From assembly GCF_006345805.1 (NCBI RefSeq), contig NC_043001.1, positions 117,428,001 through 117,492,000 of the forward strand: a stretch of DNA of 64,000 nucleotides, given 5' to 3'. Below are positions 25,545 to 39,229 of this stretch, one piece after another (within the stretch, counting starts at the first letter, position 1; each line of letters begins with the position of its first letter). Made by a program: the position numbers and the translations under genes. The notes beneath the pieces are model-generated. The model did not search any database. It was given only the letters and a program-made list of their open reading frames with translations, and was not told the DNA's origin. This stretch comes from Octopus sinensis. Lineage: Eukaryota.

Positions 25545-26010
25545 GTATTGTGTGCAGAGGAGAAGACTGTGCTGATTTGGTCATGTGATGCATATGGATG
25601 AGGACAGCTGTGTAAAGTAGAGATCCATGAAGATGTGGAACAAAGTGGTGAAAAAGGATCTTTGGATGCCGGGCCTCACTGAGGAGAGGACAAGGGACTG
25701 GGAACTGTGGTAATTTGCTGTACTTGATAAGATGCGTCAAGCTAAGTAAAATCACTGTGTTCCACACATACAGGCTTGCACTTTCAGGTGCTATCTTAAA
25801 CAGCGCCCATGCCAGTGCTGCATTAAAGCACCCATGCTGGTACTATGTAAACGTACCCATGCCAGCTGCACGTAAAAAGCACGACTGTTAAGTAGTTGAC
25901 ATTAGGGAGGCATCCAGTCATAAAAAACCATGTCACAACAGACAATTGGAGTCTGGACAGCTACCCAGCTGGTCAGCTCCATGTCAAACAGTTTGTCCTC
26001 GATGGAACAT
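25545..26010 (+). mobile_element. RTE-type LINE 3' end plus 3' UTR/SINE-like tail, decayed
   Basis: Degenerate RRRL.WFGHVM.MDEDSCVK…WNKVVKKDL.MPGLTEE.TRD.ELW; downstream ggcatccag…aaaccatg block. Confidence 0.65.
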
Positions 26011-27522
26011 GAAGTGGGAGCTCTGTGTCATTGTACCCGCACCAAAGGCAAGTATCTTGTACACAGTAAATGTGAATGCAGAGAATACTCAGTTAACCAA
26101 GGTGTGTAGACAAAAGAGGAGAATTGCTGAGTGTGTAATGACAGCAGAGAAACCAGAAATGGTTTGTTGATCTGTGCTGGTATCTCTCAAATGATGATAA
26201 ATACTCGTGTACACAATAAATAGCGAGAATGAAAATGATAACTTTATTCTTAATATGTTCTGGTATATTTGAATATTGAATCTGCTAATCGATTACCATT
26301 TGGTAATTGAAGATAATTTTCATAAATAACGAATTTATGTATTATGGTATTTGATACTTGTCTCTTTTCTATGTCGTTCATATAAATGCCAGTATCAGGC
26401 AAAGGTGGTTTCCAGCTGTAACAACTGCAACGACAGCAGTAACAGAACCGTAAGAATAAATAAATGGAAATATGTCAGCGGAACAGGATACTCCTTCAAG
26501 ACCAGAGTTTGTAACCACAAGTCACTTCTTACAATAACAGTGTTGCGATGAGAGTCAAGATACCCTCTTGTGAGAAATGGACTGAACCGAGAGAGTATAT
26601 ATGGTTTGTAGAAGTTCGTGTTATTTAACAGTGAAGTTGGAAAGTGTTGGTTGGTTTGTTCATTTGGAATATTTATTGTGAGGGATTGTTGGATTGTTAC
26701 GTTCTTGTTGCTGCTGCATTGTTATCTTGTTACTGTATCACACTGGTACCGTGTATTGTAGGCCATTATCCTAATAGTAGTGGTACTACTATATTGGATA
26801 CAAACCACGTTACAGCATCTGGCGCGAAAGGTTCGAAGCTCACCTAGGTTGTATTTCACCTGCAAACCAAACATTAACCTGTTTTCAATCCTTTCTTACC
26901 TGACTGTAAGAAAGGATTGAAACTGCTTCCTTGCCCATGTTCTCTTCTTCTGCAGCCGTCAACATGATATTATTCAAGATCAGCTGTGTCAATCTTACCA
27001 GTTTTGAGTAGCCTGCAAAGACCATAGGCACAGCTCTTGCCTTTCATCTCAGAAGGAATGCAAAAGCCAAAGATACAGCCCCTTCGTCCAGTCAAATTGT
27101 TCAAATAAAACAGAGAAAAAAAAACAAAAAAGCAGCAGCGTCTGCTATTCCTGTTAATTAATAAGCTGTATACTATATCAAACTGGGCCCACATCATCAT
27201 CTTAAACACGTCTCACATCTCAAACCTTATACCAAATCATTTATCTCAAACCTTATACCAACCAGATCATTTATCCAATCATTTCTCTCCAGAATGGCAA
27301 CGTCTACAAGGAATCACTTTTTTCTCAGACATTCATTTACAGAAGTTGAAAAAACACATCAACATTCACATTAAGTTTGGGAAAGCCTGCAGATGTTCCC
27401 TGAACACCACTTTTTCTCTTACTCGCACTAATAAGGATTTCTAACAAAGGCACAAAGCAAGAAATTTTATAGGAGGACACAATTAGTCAACTAGATTGAC
27501 CCAGTAGTCATTTATCTAGTAT

Positions 27523-27732
27523 TTTTTCTTTCTTTTACTTGTTTCAGTCATTTGACTGCGGCCATGCTGGAGCACCGCCTTTAGTCGATCAAATCGACCC
27601 CGGGACTTATTCTTTGTAAGCCCAGTACTTATTCTATCGGTCTCTTTTGCCGAACCGCTAAGTGACGGGGACGTAAACACACCAGCATCGGTTGTCAAGC
27701 AATGCTAGGTGGGGACAAACACAGACACACAA

Positions 27733-27767
<35 letters not shown>

Positions 27768-27938
27768 CATATATACGACAGGCTTCTTTCAGTTTCCGTC
27801 TACCAAATCCACTCACAAGGCATTGGTCGGCCCGGGGCGATAGCAGAAGACACTTGCCCAAGATGCCACGCAGTGGGATTGAACCCGCAACCATGTGGTT
27901 GGTTAGCAAGCTACTTACCACACAGCCACTCCTGCGCC
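27523..27938 (-). mobile_element. tRNA-SINE family B, full length
   Basis: Ends …cacagccactcctgcgcc (reverse complement of the head). Confidence 0.9.
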
Positions 27939-28506
27939 TACATATCTAGTATTTTTTTTTATTGTCCTCAGAAACATAGAAATCTGAAGTGTGTTGATGT
28001 TTCTAACCCTTTCATAACTTAATTTCTGATAGGTAATCTGTTTCGATTAATCTTTAGTGCCACTTTAGCATACAGTACATTGGCCATTTACACTTTAGCA
28101 TGCCCTCTAACCCTAATTCTAAACCATAGCTCTAACCCTAATCTAACCCATAACGAGGCATGTATACGATGTAAACAAAAGGAAAAACAATACAAACGGA
28201 TAAAGATTAAATCAATTTTAATGCGGAATATTAAACTTTGAAATGCACTGTAAGATTTTCACGGCAGTACATATACAGTTCGAGCAGAGGTGCGTATAAA
28301 AAAATAACCAGCCAGGTGTAACGCATACAAAAGCAGGGATACATTGAAAAATACAAGCAGAGATTAAACCAATTTTAATGCAGGATATTAAACTTTGAAA
28401 TGCAATGTGAATATATACATTCATAGGCAAAAAAGATTCATGAATATAAAATACAATGCGTAAATCGCTATTATAGAGACGCGTGCGCGCACATTGACAC
28501 ATACAT

Positions 28507-28553
<47 letters not shown>

Positions 28554-28569
28554 GTCTGTCTGTCTCTTT

Positions 28570-28611
<42 letters not shown>

Positions 28612-29320
28612 TCACTGTCTCACCTCTTCTCTTTTTTTATCTTTCAAGATGTCTGCGCTTGTTCTCTGCTAACGTACGAGATTAATTTCAACTAGCAGCA
28701 AGCATATCGTTGAGATATCTATGCCAGTTCAACAGCAATCTACCCCCACCACCACCACCACCACCAAAACAACAACAACTACAAGGTCAACTCAACCTGC
28801 GTTACCAACTTCTCACAAGTTGTCATAGAAATGCTTGCTAAATTTAAGTCCGCTGTTTATTTCATCTCTATTTACCACCCACCAGCAATTACGACGAGTG
28901 TCAACCTTTCTAACTACCTAGCAACGTATTGGTGGCTTGGTTGATGAAGCCAAGGACGAGCAAATATTTGCAACTTGCTCCTATGAAATTTGTTGCATTG
29001 TGTGTGAGTGTGTGTGGGTGGGTGTGTAATGTGCAAACAGATTTCTGACTTGTTTAGGAGAATTTGTTGCAATTGCTTCCTCCAGGTTCGTATCCCAATG
29101 ACTCGACGCAAAAAATCATGTCAAAAAAATATCGCCGAAAACAATCGCAGTAATGAAAACATAGAAATCCAAAATTTCAGGATTGCAGGTCCGGATTCGT
29201 CCCGGAATGTTTTTAATTTACAGCCTGATTCCAAAATGGTATATGTTGGACTATGGCCTCTAGGAGTAATATTGAAAAAGTGTGACACACTGACACACTG
29301 ACATTCACCTTTATTATATT

Positions 29321-29717
29321 ACTAGCAGTATCGCCCGGCGTTGCTCGGGTTTGTAAGGGAAATAATTATATAAGCATTTTTAGAGATGTAAAGTATAATA
29401 GCCATCTCAATATGGCTAACCACAAAGGGGGAGGGGTGTTACTGTAGCTTTTTACGTTCTGAGATTTAATAATAAATTTTAGAGAGTTACTTCCCTTATA
29501 TATGTCAAAAATGGATTAAAAATGGGAAAAATTGATGGTAAATTTTTTTTTAAATCGTAGACTCATCGTAGACGCGCGCTAATACCCAGACGGTCTCGAT
29601 ATGAATCACGACTATAAGATACCCGATTTTGGTTAAACTGCACCGCAAAATGTGGGAGTAGTTAGGAATCTAAATCGTAGGAGACAGACACACAACCTCA
29701 CTTTTATATATAAAGAT
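29321..29717 (-). mobile_element. Non-autonomous Helitron
   Basis: Minus strand starts TCtttatatataaaag and ends cccgagcaacgccggg hairpin plus CTAG, between A and T. Confidence 0.75.
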
Positions 29718-29819
29718 TTCCTCTATTTACATAATATTGAGGTCTCTTTCTTTCTTTTGTTATCTTACTGTTTTTACCAATATACATATATATATATATA
29801 TATATATAAATATATATAT

Positions 29820-30140
29820 AGTTACAGAGATGTACTTGCATAGCAAGTGACTTGATCTGAGATCGTGTGCTGGAACGAAAACAGTTGCAGCGTTGAAGGT
29901 GTTTATAAGCCATTTAAGAAACACACAAAAACCGTTAGATTCACTTCAACATTTAAATTTAATTTGTCAAAATATTTTCATCGCTTTGAGACCGCGACCT
30001 GTTAGCACGATATTTTTGTCAGTGAACAGGTCGCGGTCTGAAAGCGACGAAAATATTTTGGCAAATTAAATTTAAATGTTGAAGTGAATGTAACGGTTTT
30101 TGTGTTTCTTAAATGGCTTACAAACACCTTCCACGCTGCA
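29820..30140. repeat. Foldback (palindromic) repeat, copy B
   Basis: ttgcagcgttgaagg…gcgacctgtt / aacaggtcgc…ccttccacgctgcaa; same family as 17716-18050, opposite long-arm orientation. Confidence 0.9.
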
Positions 30141-30488
30141 ATATATATATATATGTATGTATGTATGTGTGTATATGTGTATGCATGTATGTGTGTGTGT
30201 GTGCGTGTCTGTGCTTGTGATTGTCCTCCACCACTGCTTGACAACGAATGTTGGTTTGTCTACATCCCTGTCATCTAGTGGTTTGACTAAGGAAACAGAT
30301 AGAATAAGTACAATGCTTACAAAAATAAAACTGGAGTTGATTCATTAAACTACAATTCTTCAAGGCATTGCCCCAGCATGGCCACAGACCAATGGCTGGA
30401 AAAAGCAGAAGAATAAAAGAATACATTCTCTGCTTTGGTCATATGTTGAAGGCATGAGAAAGCTTGAGTTTACATGAGAAGGCCTAAC

Positions 30489-30862
30489 AGACCTGGTAGA
30501 AACAGCAGCCAAATCTCCCTCAAATCACACCTTACTGTCTTATGTATGTATATATATATGAGCCAATGAGGGGGACCTCTACATGGTAGCTAGACCTGGT
30601 AGAAATAGCAGCCAAATTTCCCCCAAATCACACCTTACTGTCTTATCTATGTATATATGTATGTATGAGCCTATGAGGGAGACCCCTACATGGTAGCTAG
30701 ACCTGGTAGAAATAGCAGCCAAATTTCCCCCAAATCACACCTTACTGTCTTATCTATGTATATATGTATGTATGAGCCTATGAGGGAGACCCCTACATGG
30801 CAGCTAGACATGGTAGAAATAGCAGCCAAATCTCCCTCAAATCACACCTTACTGTCTTATCT
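30489..30862 (+). repeat. ~107-bp tandem repeat x3.5 built from a SINE-tail-like segment
   Basis: Units start at 30489, 30592, 30699 and 30806. Related gaaatagcctccaaattt segment at about 46130. Confidence 0.9.
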
Positions 30863-31139
30863 TTCTGCTACTTGGATATAGGTGTTATATTCGTCGTAAA
30901 AAACTTTCCTGTCACACACTCACGCACACGCACACACACACACACACACACGCACCCTCACACACACACACACGCGCACACCCACACTCACCCACTCACA
31001 CACACGCACGTTAGCTTATAATTTTATTTATATATTTGCGTGTCTCTGTGGAAAGAGGAAGTGGGAGGCAGAGTGAAAGAATCACTCACTACAGTAAGTG
31101 AATTACTTTCATTTTATTCGTTGCCCACTGTGTGTGTGC

Positions 31140-31374
31140 GTTTGCGTGTGCTGTAAACCAGACTAAGAAAAGCATTTGACACACACACCAGAATGTGAGT
31201 TTTCTGTAAATTTTGCTTAACTGGAGTTTAAATTTTAAAAACTGGACCTGGCATGACGCGATGTATTGTACTCTTAAAAATGCAAGGTAAATTGTAATTG
31301 AAGAAATCCTATATTGTAGATTTGTATAACTCCCAAAGGGAGGCAGATAAAATCTGCCTTTTATAATAAGAGAT
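31140..31374 (-). mobile_element. Helitron-like 5' terminal fragment
   Basis: Ends ggcagataaaatctgcc-ttttataataagagat (reverse complement begins ATCTCTTATTATAAAA). Confidence 0.45.
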
Positions 31375-31392
31375 ATTATACAATATTATATT

Positions 31393-31600
31393 GAGGCGGC
31401 TAGCAGGCAGAATCGTTAGCACACCGGGCGAAATGCTTAGAGGTATTTCGTCCGCCGTTAGGTTTTGAGTTCGAATTCCGCCGAGGTCGACTTTGCCTTT
31501 TGGGGTCGATAAATTAGTACTAGTTACGTACTGGGGTCGATGTAATCGACTTAATCCTTTCTCTCAAAATTTGAGGCCTTGTGCTTCCCTAGAAAGGATT
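31393..31600 (+). mobile_element. tRNA-SINE family A, degenerate
   Basis: ggcagaatcgttagcac.ccgggcgaaatgcttag…gagttcgaattccgccgaggtcgac. Confidence 0.8.
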
Positions 31601-31691
31601 TATTAAAGTTGAAAAAGTATGACACACTGATATTCACATTTATTATATTAGATATGTTTAATTTTGGGAAAACTTTATTTTAATTAAAGTG

Positions 31692-31740
<49 letters not shown>

Positions 31741-32259
31741 GTGTGTGTGTGTGTGTGTGTGTGTGTGTTGTGTGTGTGTGTGTGTGCATATATGTATTAA
31801 AGAAAGCAAAAAATAAACAAAAATGATAGTGTTCAGTATGTTGGTTCAGTGTTCAATATGCTGTCCACAACAATTTTTGTCAGAGAGATAGTTAAACAAA
31901 GTTGTACATCACCTCTCTCTTTCTCTCATATACCCACTCTTTCTCTCTTTCTCTCTTATCATTACTCGCACTGCCACCATCAACACTACTACTTTTAATA
32001 AAACATCAGTCGCTCCCTAAATTTTTTGTCTCTCTTTCTCTCCCTCTCTTTTTCGTTTTCTTTCTCTCTTTTTTTCTCTCTCTCTTTCTCTCTCTCTCCG
32101 CCACCGCTTACGCCGTCTCTATGCTTACTATAACTCTCACCCCAGCACCGGAAATAGTAGAAGTGTCATTGAATAGTGAAAGAGATGGGGCCAATCTGTA
32201 ACACAGAAATTAGTTTTCGCATTTATTATTTTATATTATATTATATTATATTATATTAC

Positions 32260-32309
<50 letters not shown>

Positions 32310-32596
32310 ATTATTGTTTTTACGTATTTTTGTATTTTTATTCGTGTAACATCGTCCGTTTTCCGTCCCTGTGTTGTATACTTTCGAGGCTTTCTTCCAA
32401 GGAATCTAATGCGCTTGGCTTAGATTTCCCTTGGGGGCTGCCCAGATCGGAGCAATCTCAAGATTAATCAGCCGAAATTGCGAAGATGATCCGCTTCTTG
32501 ACTGATGACTGAGGGCTTCGAAAGTCCCGTCCGTGTTTTTTGTGTCGTCTTCTAAATGTTTCACGTTCTTGTCCCAGTTTGTATATTTTTTTTACT

Positions 32597-32633
<37 letters not shown>

Positions 32634-32842
32634 TATATATATATCATTAGCGTTGTTTTTAGTTTTTCAGCCTGTCCCTTTGTGAGTTGCACTTCTTCCT
32701 CGCTGGCAGTGATCGTGTTAATGTAAATTCTGGAGGAGACACACAATTTTACGAAGTGAAGCTGTTGTGTTGGATGATCTTTCTAAGACCACAGAGTATG
32801 TTTTTCCAGCTAGCCTGGGCGACGCTCAAATTGTTACGTTTA

Positions 32843-32889
<47 letters not shown>

Positions 32890-32893
<4 letters not shown>

Positions 32894-33130
32894 CGGGAAG
32901 CTTACGAAAATAAACAAAAGACGAAGGCAGGTGGAGTACAAACAAACAATTGTATTAGTATGGCTCTCAGGAATAGAAATAAAACAAGTCTTTTACGTTT
33001 CGAGCCTACACTCTTCAACAGAAAGATACACAGAAACGAAACACGGAGAGAAACAAGGAGAGAAAAAAAAGCGTGCAGGAGCTAACGATTTAACATGGCG
33101 GTCTGATTTCGGCCAGAAGTCAGAGATCAG
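32890..33130. mobile_element. Penelope-like terminal repeat fragment; shorter copy at 52636-52752
   Basis: aacgggaagc…gacgaaggcaggtgga…gtattagtatggc.ctcaggaa…acgtttcgagcct shared; family assignment is inference. Confidence 0.45.
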
Positions 33131-33482
33131 ACGTTAGACGCAAGAGGGATAGTAGGGGAGATAACAAGGTCAAATGACCTCGCCCCAACATAAGGGTGCG
33201 TGTGTGTATGAGATAGTATGTATGTGTGTATGAGATAGTATGTATGTGCGTATGAAAGGTCTGGACGTGTGTAAGTATGTATGATGTGATGCGTAATGTC
33301 GTATGGTGTAGTGTAGTGTGGTGGGAGGTGGGGAAAGCCCATGTGGGGTGTGGGTTCGGCTGGGGGTTGGGGTAGAGTGGGGGTAGTGGGGAGAGTGAAA
33401 GGGGGAGAGAAGAGAGGGAGGAGGGAGTATGTATATATGTATATATGTATGTATGTATGTATGTATATGTGTGTGTGTGTAT

Positions 33483-35299
33483 ACTAGCAGAGATACCCGG
33501 TGTTGCTCGGGATTAAAATGGAATGGCTTGTATATATATATATGAATATTACAGTTATGTTGAAACAGGTGATACGGGAAGGCGCAGTATTGACATCAAA
33601 ACATTTGTGGAGTAAATTTTAAGGCTTTGAGTTTAATACACCAATTTGGACAGAATTATAATTTTTATGAGAATGGGATGGATCATATCTGAAAGCATCC
33701 CCAGATGTGAAGAACGAATTTGTACGTGGCCTGTTTCTGAGAGCTATTTTATTGGGCCTCTGTATAATCTGATGGGCTAAACGTTGTTTTAATGATTCAG
33801 TATTAAGTGCTGCAACATGCCTTTGCTGATCTTTGGAAAGTCTCATCTTCCTTCTCTCGTGAGACTCCATCAGACATGCTGCAGCATGCCTTTGCTGATC
33901 TCGGGAAAGTCTCATCACTCTTCTATCTTGAGGCTCTATTGCGCTGCGACAAACTATTGCTGATCTTGAGAAAGTCTCCTGTCCCTTATTTCCTGAGACT
34001 CTCACCATCGGTTTTCTGCTGAATCGGTGTTTCTGGAGAGATTACGTTTTTTCTTTGGTGGAATATTTTTTTTCAATATTGTAAACTAAAACTTATGGAC
34101 ATAGAAAACATATACATTAATCTCTATTTTTGTAAGGAGTTGTAACTATGTATGTTGTATGCCTGTATTTTTGTAAGCAGTGTAAATTAACCAAATGTAA
34201 GCAAATTGTAAATACCTTGCAACCTTGCAACTGCTGCGATAATTATGAAATGGTAATTGAACGGTAGACGTGTATTTTTATATATCTTGGGCGTGCACCT
34301 ATTGGTTTTTGTCAAGAGTTTCACCACCAGCCGTTCTCGTCACACACACACATATATATATATATGAGTGTGTGTGTAGATGTGTGTGTGTGTTTAATAA
34401 AGTGCGCAATGAACGCGCAAAAACATACAGACAAATACACATTCATGTACAACATGTGACGATACACACACATACCCTTTCACATACAGTCACATACACA
34501 TAGTAAGAGAAACACATAGACATAGATTCACGCATGTCAGTCGTCAAATATGTATATGTATGTGTAGATGTGTGTGTAATGTTTAATAAAGTGCCTAACG
34601 TGGAAACACACACACACACACAGTCGCAGAGACATACATACTCATATACACCCCAGATACACACTCATATACAAAATGGGACGTTGTCATCGTCGTGGTA
34701 TAAAATGACCTTTACTATCTCGTATGTATCGAACGTGCAAAGAGGCACTCATACACACTCATATAAAATGTCTGGTACTATAATTGACTACAGAAAGATT
34801 ACGTCTATGAAATGTTATATTGTTTTAATGGAAATAAAAGAAAAATTACATATTGACAGTCGCGGAGTGCAATACTATATAGTAAGAGAGACATACACAG
34901 ACATACATTCACGCACGTCAGACGTCACATATGTTTATGTATGTATAGATGTGTGTGTGTGTGTTGAATAACTCCCTAATGCGGAAACACACACACACAC
35001 ACACACTGAGATAATCATACACCTTCATACACTCACACACATTCACTGACAGACACATACACACTTGTATACGAAATGTGCCGTTGTCGTCGTCGCCGTG
35101 GTATAAAATGTCCTGTACTATATTTGACTATAGAAAGATTATCTCTATAAAATATTATATTGCTATAATCTACACGTGTATGACACTCGTGGGGTGTGAT
35201 ATTATTATCTTGTAAAATTTGATTTAATTTGGTGCAGCTATTTGAGAATGCATTGGGAACAGACAGACAGACAGAGACAAAAAGATTTATATATATAGA
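33483..35299 (-). mobile_element. Helitron derivative carrying a Rep/helicase N-terminal fragment
   Basis: Minus strand: TCtatatatataaa start, cccgagcaacaccggg plus CTAG end. ORF 33619-34008 contains RL..DQQRHAA repeats and AFRYDP…VQIG, typical of the Helitron Rep N-terminus. Internal duplications at 34330-35200. Confidence 0.75.
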
Positions 35300-35743
35300 T
35301 TAACCAAAGTACATGTATGAACTGCTGATTTAACGGTAAATGCCGCAATAATAATAGATAAATTTCTTAATATCATATATTAAGCGCGTGTATTAAATGT
35401 TAATTCAAGGGTTAATAAACTGTAAATACCTTGCAACGTTTCAACTACTGCAATAATTATCAACTGGTAATTGAACAGTAAATGTGTATTTTTAAAATAC
35501 CTTGGACTTGAAACAATATTATAGTCTTATCATATTAGAAAGTGAAACAATATTCACTTTTGACACGTGATACCGAACCAGTTTAAAAGATTCCTCTGGG
35601 CCCGCATTAAGCAAGAAGTAATGCATGTGTAAAATTTGAATGGAATCGGTTGGGTAGTTCTCAAGTTTTAGGGATTCACACATACAGACTGGGACACATT
35701 CTCAGTTTTTATATATATATGTATATATATATATATATATATA

Positions 35744-36157
35744 TCTGCATATATATATAAGGCAAGATGTGTGTGTGTACGTGATTGTAGTTTATGCCCA
35801 TCCACAAATTAGCACGCATGTCGCCCAAATTTTAGGAGGACATTCGTCAACTTATTTTTTTTTCCCGAGGCATCCGTGGATAACGGTAAAATTCTATTTT
35901 CAACCATAGCTTTTAGCTATAAAAATATCAGCCATAGCTTTTTGACGGCGTCTAACAAAAAAAAGAACAAGATAAAGAAAAGTGGAAGAGGGGCAGAGAG
36001 TTTCACGGGAAAGACAAAGTGAGAGAGGGAGAGAGAGAGTAAGTGACGACGTTCATAAAAATCTATTTTCAGCCACAGCTTTTTGACGGCGTCTAACAAA
36101 AAAAATAAGATAAAGAAAAGTGGAAGAAGGAGGCAGAGAGTTTCACGGGAAAGACAA

Positions 36158-36205
<48 letters not shown>

Positions 36206-36350
36206 AGTGACAACGTTCATAAAAATCTATTTTCAGCCACAGCTTTTTGACGGCGTCGAACAAAAAAAAGCAAGATAAAGAAGAGTGGAAGAGAAGCAGT
36301 TTCACGGCATCTAAACAAAAAAAAGGGAAAGACAAAGTGAGAGATAGAGA

Positions 36351-36385
<35 letters not shown>

Positions 36386-36756
36386 AGTGACGACGTTCAT
36401 AAAAAATGAAATGTAAAATGTCTTGTTTTTTTCTTAAATACGAGATATAGTGTTCAAATTCAGGATATTTTTGAAAGACACTATATTTTATAATCATAGT
36501 ATATATACTTTCTCACACAACAATCACAATATATTTATTTTAAATCATTTATTTATTTTAAATCGTTCATCTTTCTCCCCCCTCTCTCTCTTACACACGC
36601 ATTACTTTGGGTGCGAAAGAGTTTTGTTTTTATTTTACGCCGTGTAAAAAAGTGTTTTGTTCAGAGTCGATATTACTTAGTTTGGTTTGAAATAAAGAAC
36701 TTGATTAGCTTAATAATCGTAAATTAATCCCGGGCAAGACCGGGTTATACTGCTAG
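35744..36756 (+). mobile_element. Non-autonomous Helitron with internal ~120-bp tandem repeats
   Basis: TC start, cccgggcaagaccggg hairpin, CTAG at 36753-36756; repeated ctattttcagccacagctttttgacggcgtc units with (GA)n. Confidence 0.7.
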
Positions 36757-36910
36757 TATATAATATAATATAATATAATGTAAATAGATAACAAGGATGT
36801 ACAGGTGTTACTTATTTACATTCTGTTCACCTAACTTGAAGCTGTGCGAACTATACCGAACTGGCAAGGTGCCTCAGTTTAAGTACCTAATTACGTAATT
36901 CAACTGAATC

Positions 36911-36944
<34 letters not shown>

Positions 36945-37559
36945 GCAATAATTCGGATAAACAAATAAGATATATTAAATATATTAAATATAACATTCTG
37001 GGTGTGAAATACAAAATATGTATATATGTATACATGCAAAACGACAGAAAGCAATCGGTGGAGACTTTCAGATGATGGATTTTTAAGTATCGATATATAA
37101 ATATTTAAATTAATAGGTCCAATTTACACAGACTACAATCAGCAGAAAAATTAAAGAGTTGGAAGAAATATTTTAGTAGGTTCGAAGCTATAGCAAAAGA
37201 CACTTGCCCAAGGTGCCACGCAGTGGGACTAAACCCAGAACCATGTGGTTGGGAAACACACCGATGATGATCAGGGCTGTCCACTCTTGACCGAGGACAA
37301 AAAGTACACTGACCACTGCCCATGCAAAATACCAACAATGCCTGTGCATGAGGTTATTGCACCAGCAATCGGCTGTATTCCTCACACACACACATACACA
37401 CACACACGTGTGCGTGTGTGTGTGTGTGTGTATGTAATGACGTAATGTTGATGTTTTAAGGCAGCGGAGAAATGAATGAAGAATGGTAGTTGCTTGGTTA
37501 TTAATATGGTCATTTATTAAGTTGATCATTATGTTAGTCGTTACAATAATTAAGATATA

Positions 37560-38822
37560 TGTTGGGTTGGCAACTAAGTTCCTGCCGTCTATTAAATTAA
37601 AATTTTTTTAAAGGTTTAATAAAAAAAATAACAACTAATTAATCAATAATGTATTCACCTTTGTTGTTTATAACTTCTTCCCAACGTTCAACAAGATTTT
37701 CAATACCTCGTTGGTAGAAATCACCTGATTTCGACTCGAAAAATTGATCCAACCAAGCTCTCAATTCTGCATCAGTATAGCATTTAAAAGAGATCGAAAA
37801 AGGTGGAAATCCGTTGGTGCCACATCAGGAGAGTATGGCGGGTGTGGCAGCACTTCTCAGCCATGCGTTTGAATGGCTTCCTTGGTCATATTGTCGATAT
37901 GAGGGCGGGCGTTGTCGTGCAGCAGAACTCCATGCTGCCGATTGGGTCTTTTCTCTTGAATAGCCGTGTTGAGTCGTTACGCTTAGAGTTCCGCGTTGAC
38001 CGTTTGATTCCGTTCAAGCAATTCGTAATGGATAATCCCTTCCTAGTCCCACCATACACACAACATCGTTTTACGCGGATGAAGATCTTGTTTCATGCGC
38101 GGTGTCGCTTGTTTACCGGGGCTAAGCCATTCCTTACGCTGCTTCATATTGATGTACAGGCACCATTTTTCGACGCGAGTAACGATTCGGTAAAGAAATC
38201 GTTGCTTGTGTCCATGAGTTGAGCGGTGACGAGCAAGCAAACCAACGGAGATTGTGGCTCGTTGATTTTTGTTTTTGTCACTTAAAGCATGCAGATCCCA
38301 TGCTCCATACTTCTGAACCTTTCCCATCGAGTGAAGATGCTTCTCTATAGCAGTGTGGGAGCATTCCATTTTCTTTGCCAGTTCCCTTATCAAGAATTTT
38401 GACGAGAATTTTCGTGCAAAAGTTGGTTTGATCGCTCTTCATCGAATTCAACTGGACGGCCAGAACGAGGTGCGTCTTTGAGGTCAAAATTTCCATTTTT
38501 GAACTTGGCATACCAATCACGAGCGGTTTTTTTAGCTATGGCACCATCTCCATACACTGCACAAATGTCACGAGCCTTAGAACCGTGATTAAAAGCAAAA
38601 AGAAGGAGGTGTCGAAAATGCTCGTTTTTCTTAACTTGACATTGCATTTTAATGATCTGAAAATAAACAAAAATTAACTAAAATTATCTAGAAAAAAATA
38701 AATTAAATAGATTCCAAAATTATTCAAAAATAGAATTCTCGAAAAAAATAGATTTCAAAATTTAAAAACGTAATAAATTCCAAAATTTAAAAAGCTGCGG
38801 GAACTTAGTTGCCAACCCAACA
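37560..38822 (-). mobile_element. Full-length mariner element with pseudogenised transposase
   Basis: TIRs tgttgggttggcaactaagttcc (37560) / ggaacttagttgccaacccaaca (to 38822). Frames give EHFRHLLLFAF…RSGRP, LHPRKTMLCVWWD, LLHDNARPH and HPPYSPDVAPTDFHLF, with frameshifts. Confidence 0.92.
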
Positions 38823-39229
38823 CAAATTTGTCGAACTGCTTGTGTGTACTCAGTTTGCTGTAGATCTGAAGTCTGTTTTGTATAATATTTAGTAGTTTCA
38901 TCTCTGTGACTTCTAGGGAGAAAGACAATAAAATGAATGTATGCAGATAGGCTAACAAGCTAGTGTGAAAAGCAAAATATACAGTTTGAAAGAAGTATCT
39001 AAAACTAGTTTTTAAACAGAATGGCTATTGGTGTCTACTAGAGTTCCATAGTTAAAAAATACTTGTGAACCACTGTTCTAGATGGACTAAGAGTAGATTT
39101 ATCATCAGTTCAGTATGCTTTCTTTTTCACTCAACTTTATAACGTTAGACATATTAATGTTATAAAGCTGGACAACAAACGTCAGTTAGTGTGCATAACT
39201 TCTTTTCACTGTCTTACATCATTATAGTT

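Noticed and set aside
28108-28150. Telomere-like taaccc repeats
   Set aside because: Only a few degenerate units; not an interstitial telomeric array.
32497-32535. ctgatga…cttcgaaagtcccgtc hammerhead candidate
   Set aside because: Stem II does not close (C/C at 10.1/11.1), and there is no stem III palindrome or stem I.
32995-33025. Minus-strand ctgttgaagagtgtaggctcgaaacgta hammerhead-like motif
   Set aside because: Stem II and GAAACGU are present, but the core cannot be aligned to CUGANGA without two changes, and stem I is unclear.
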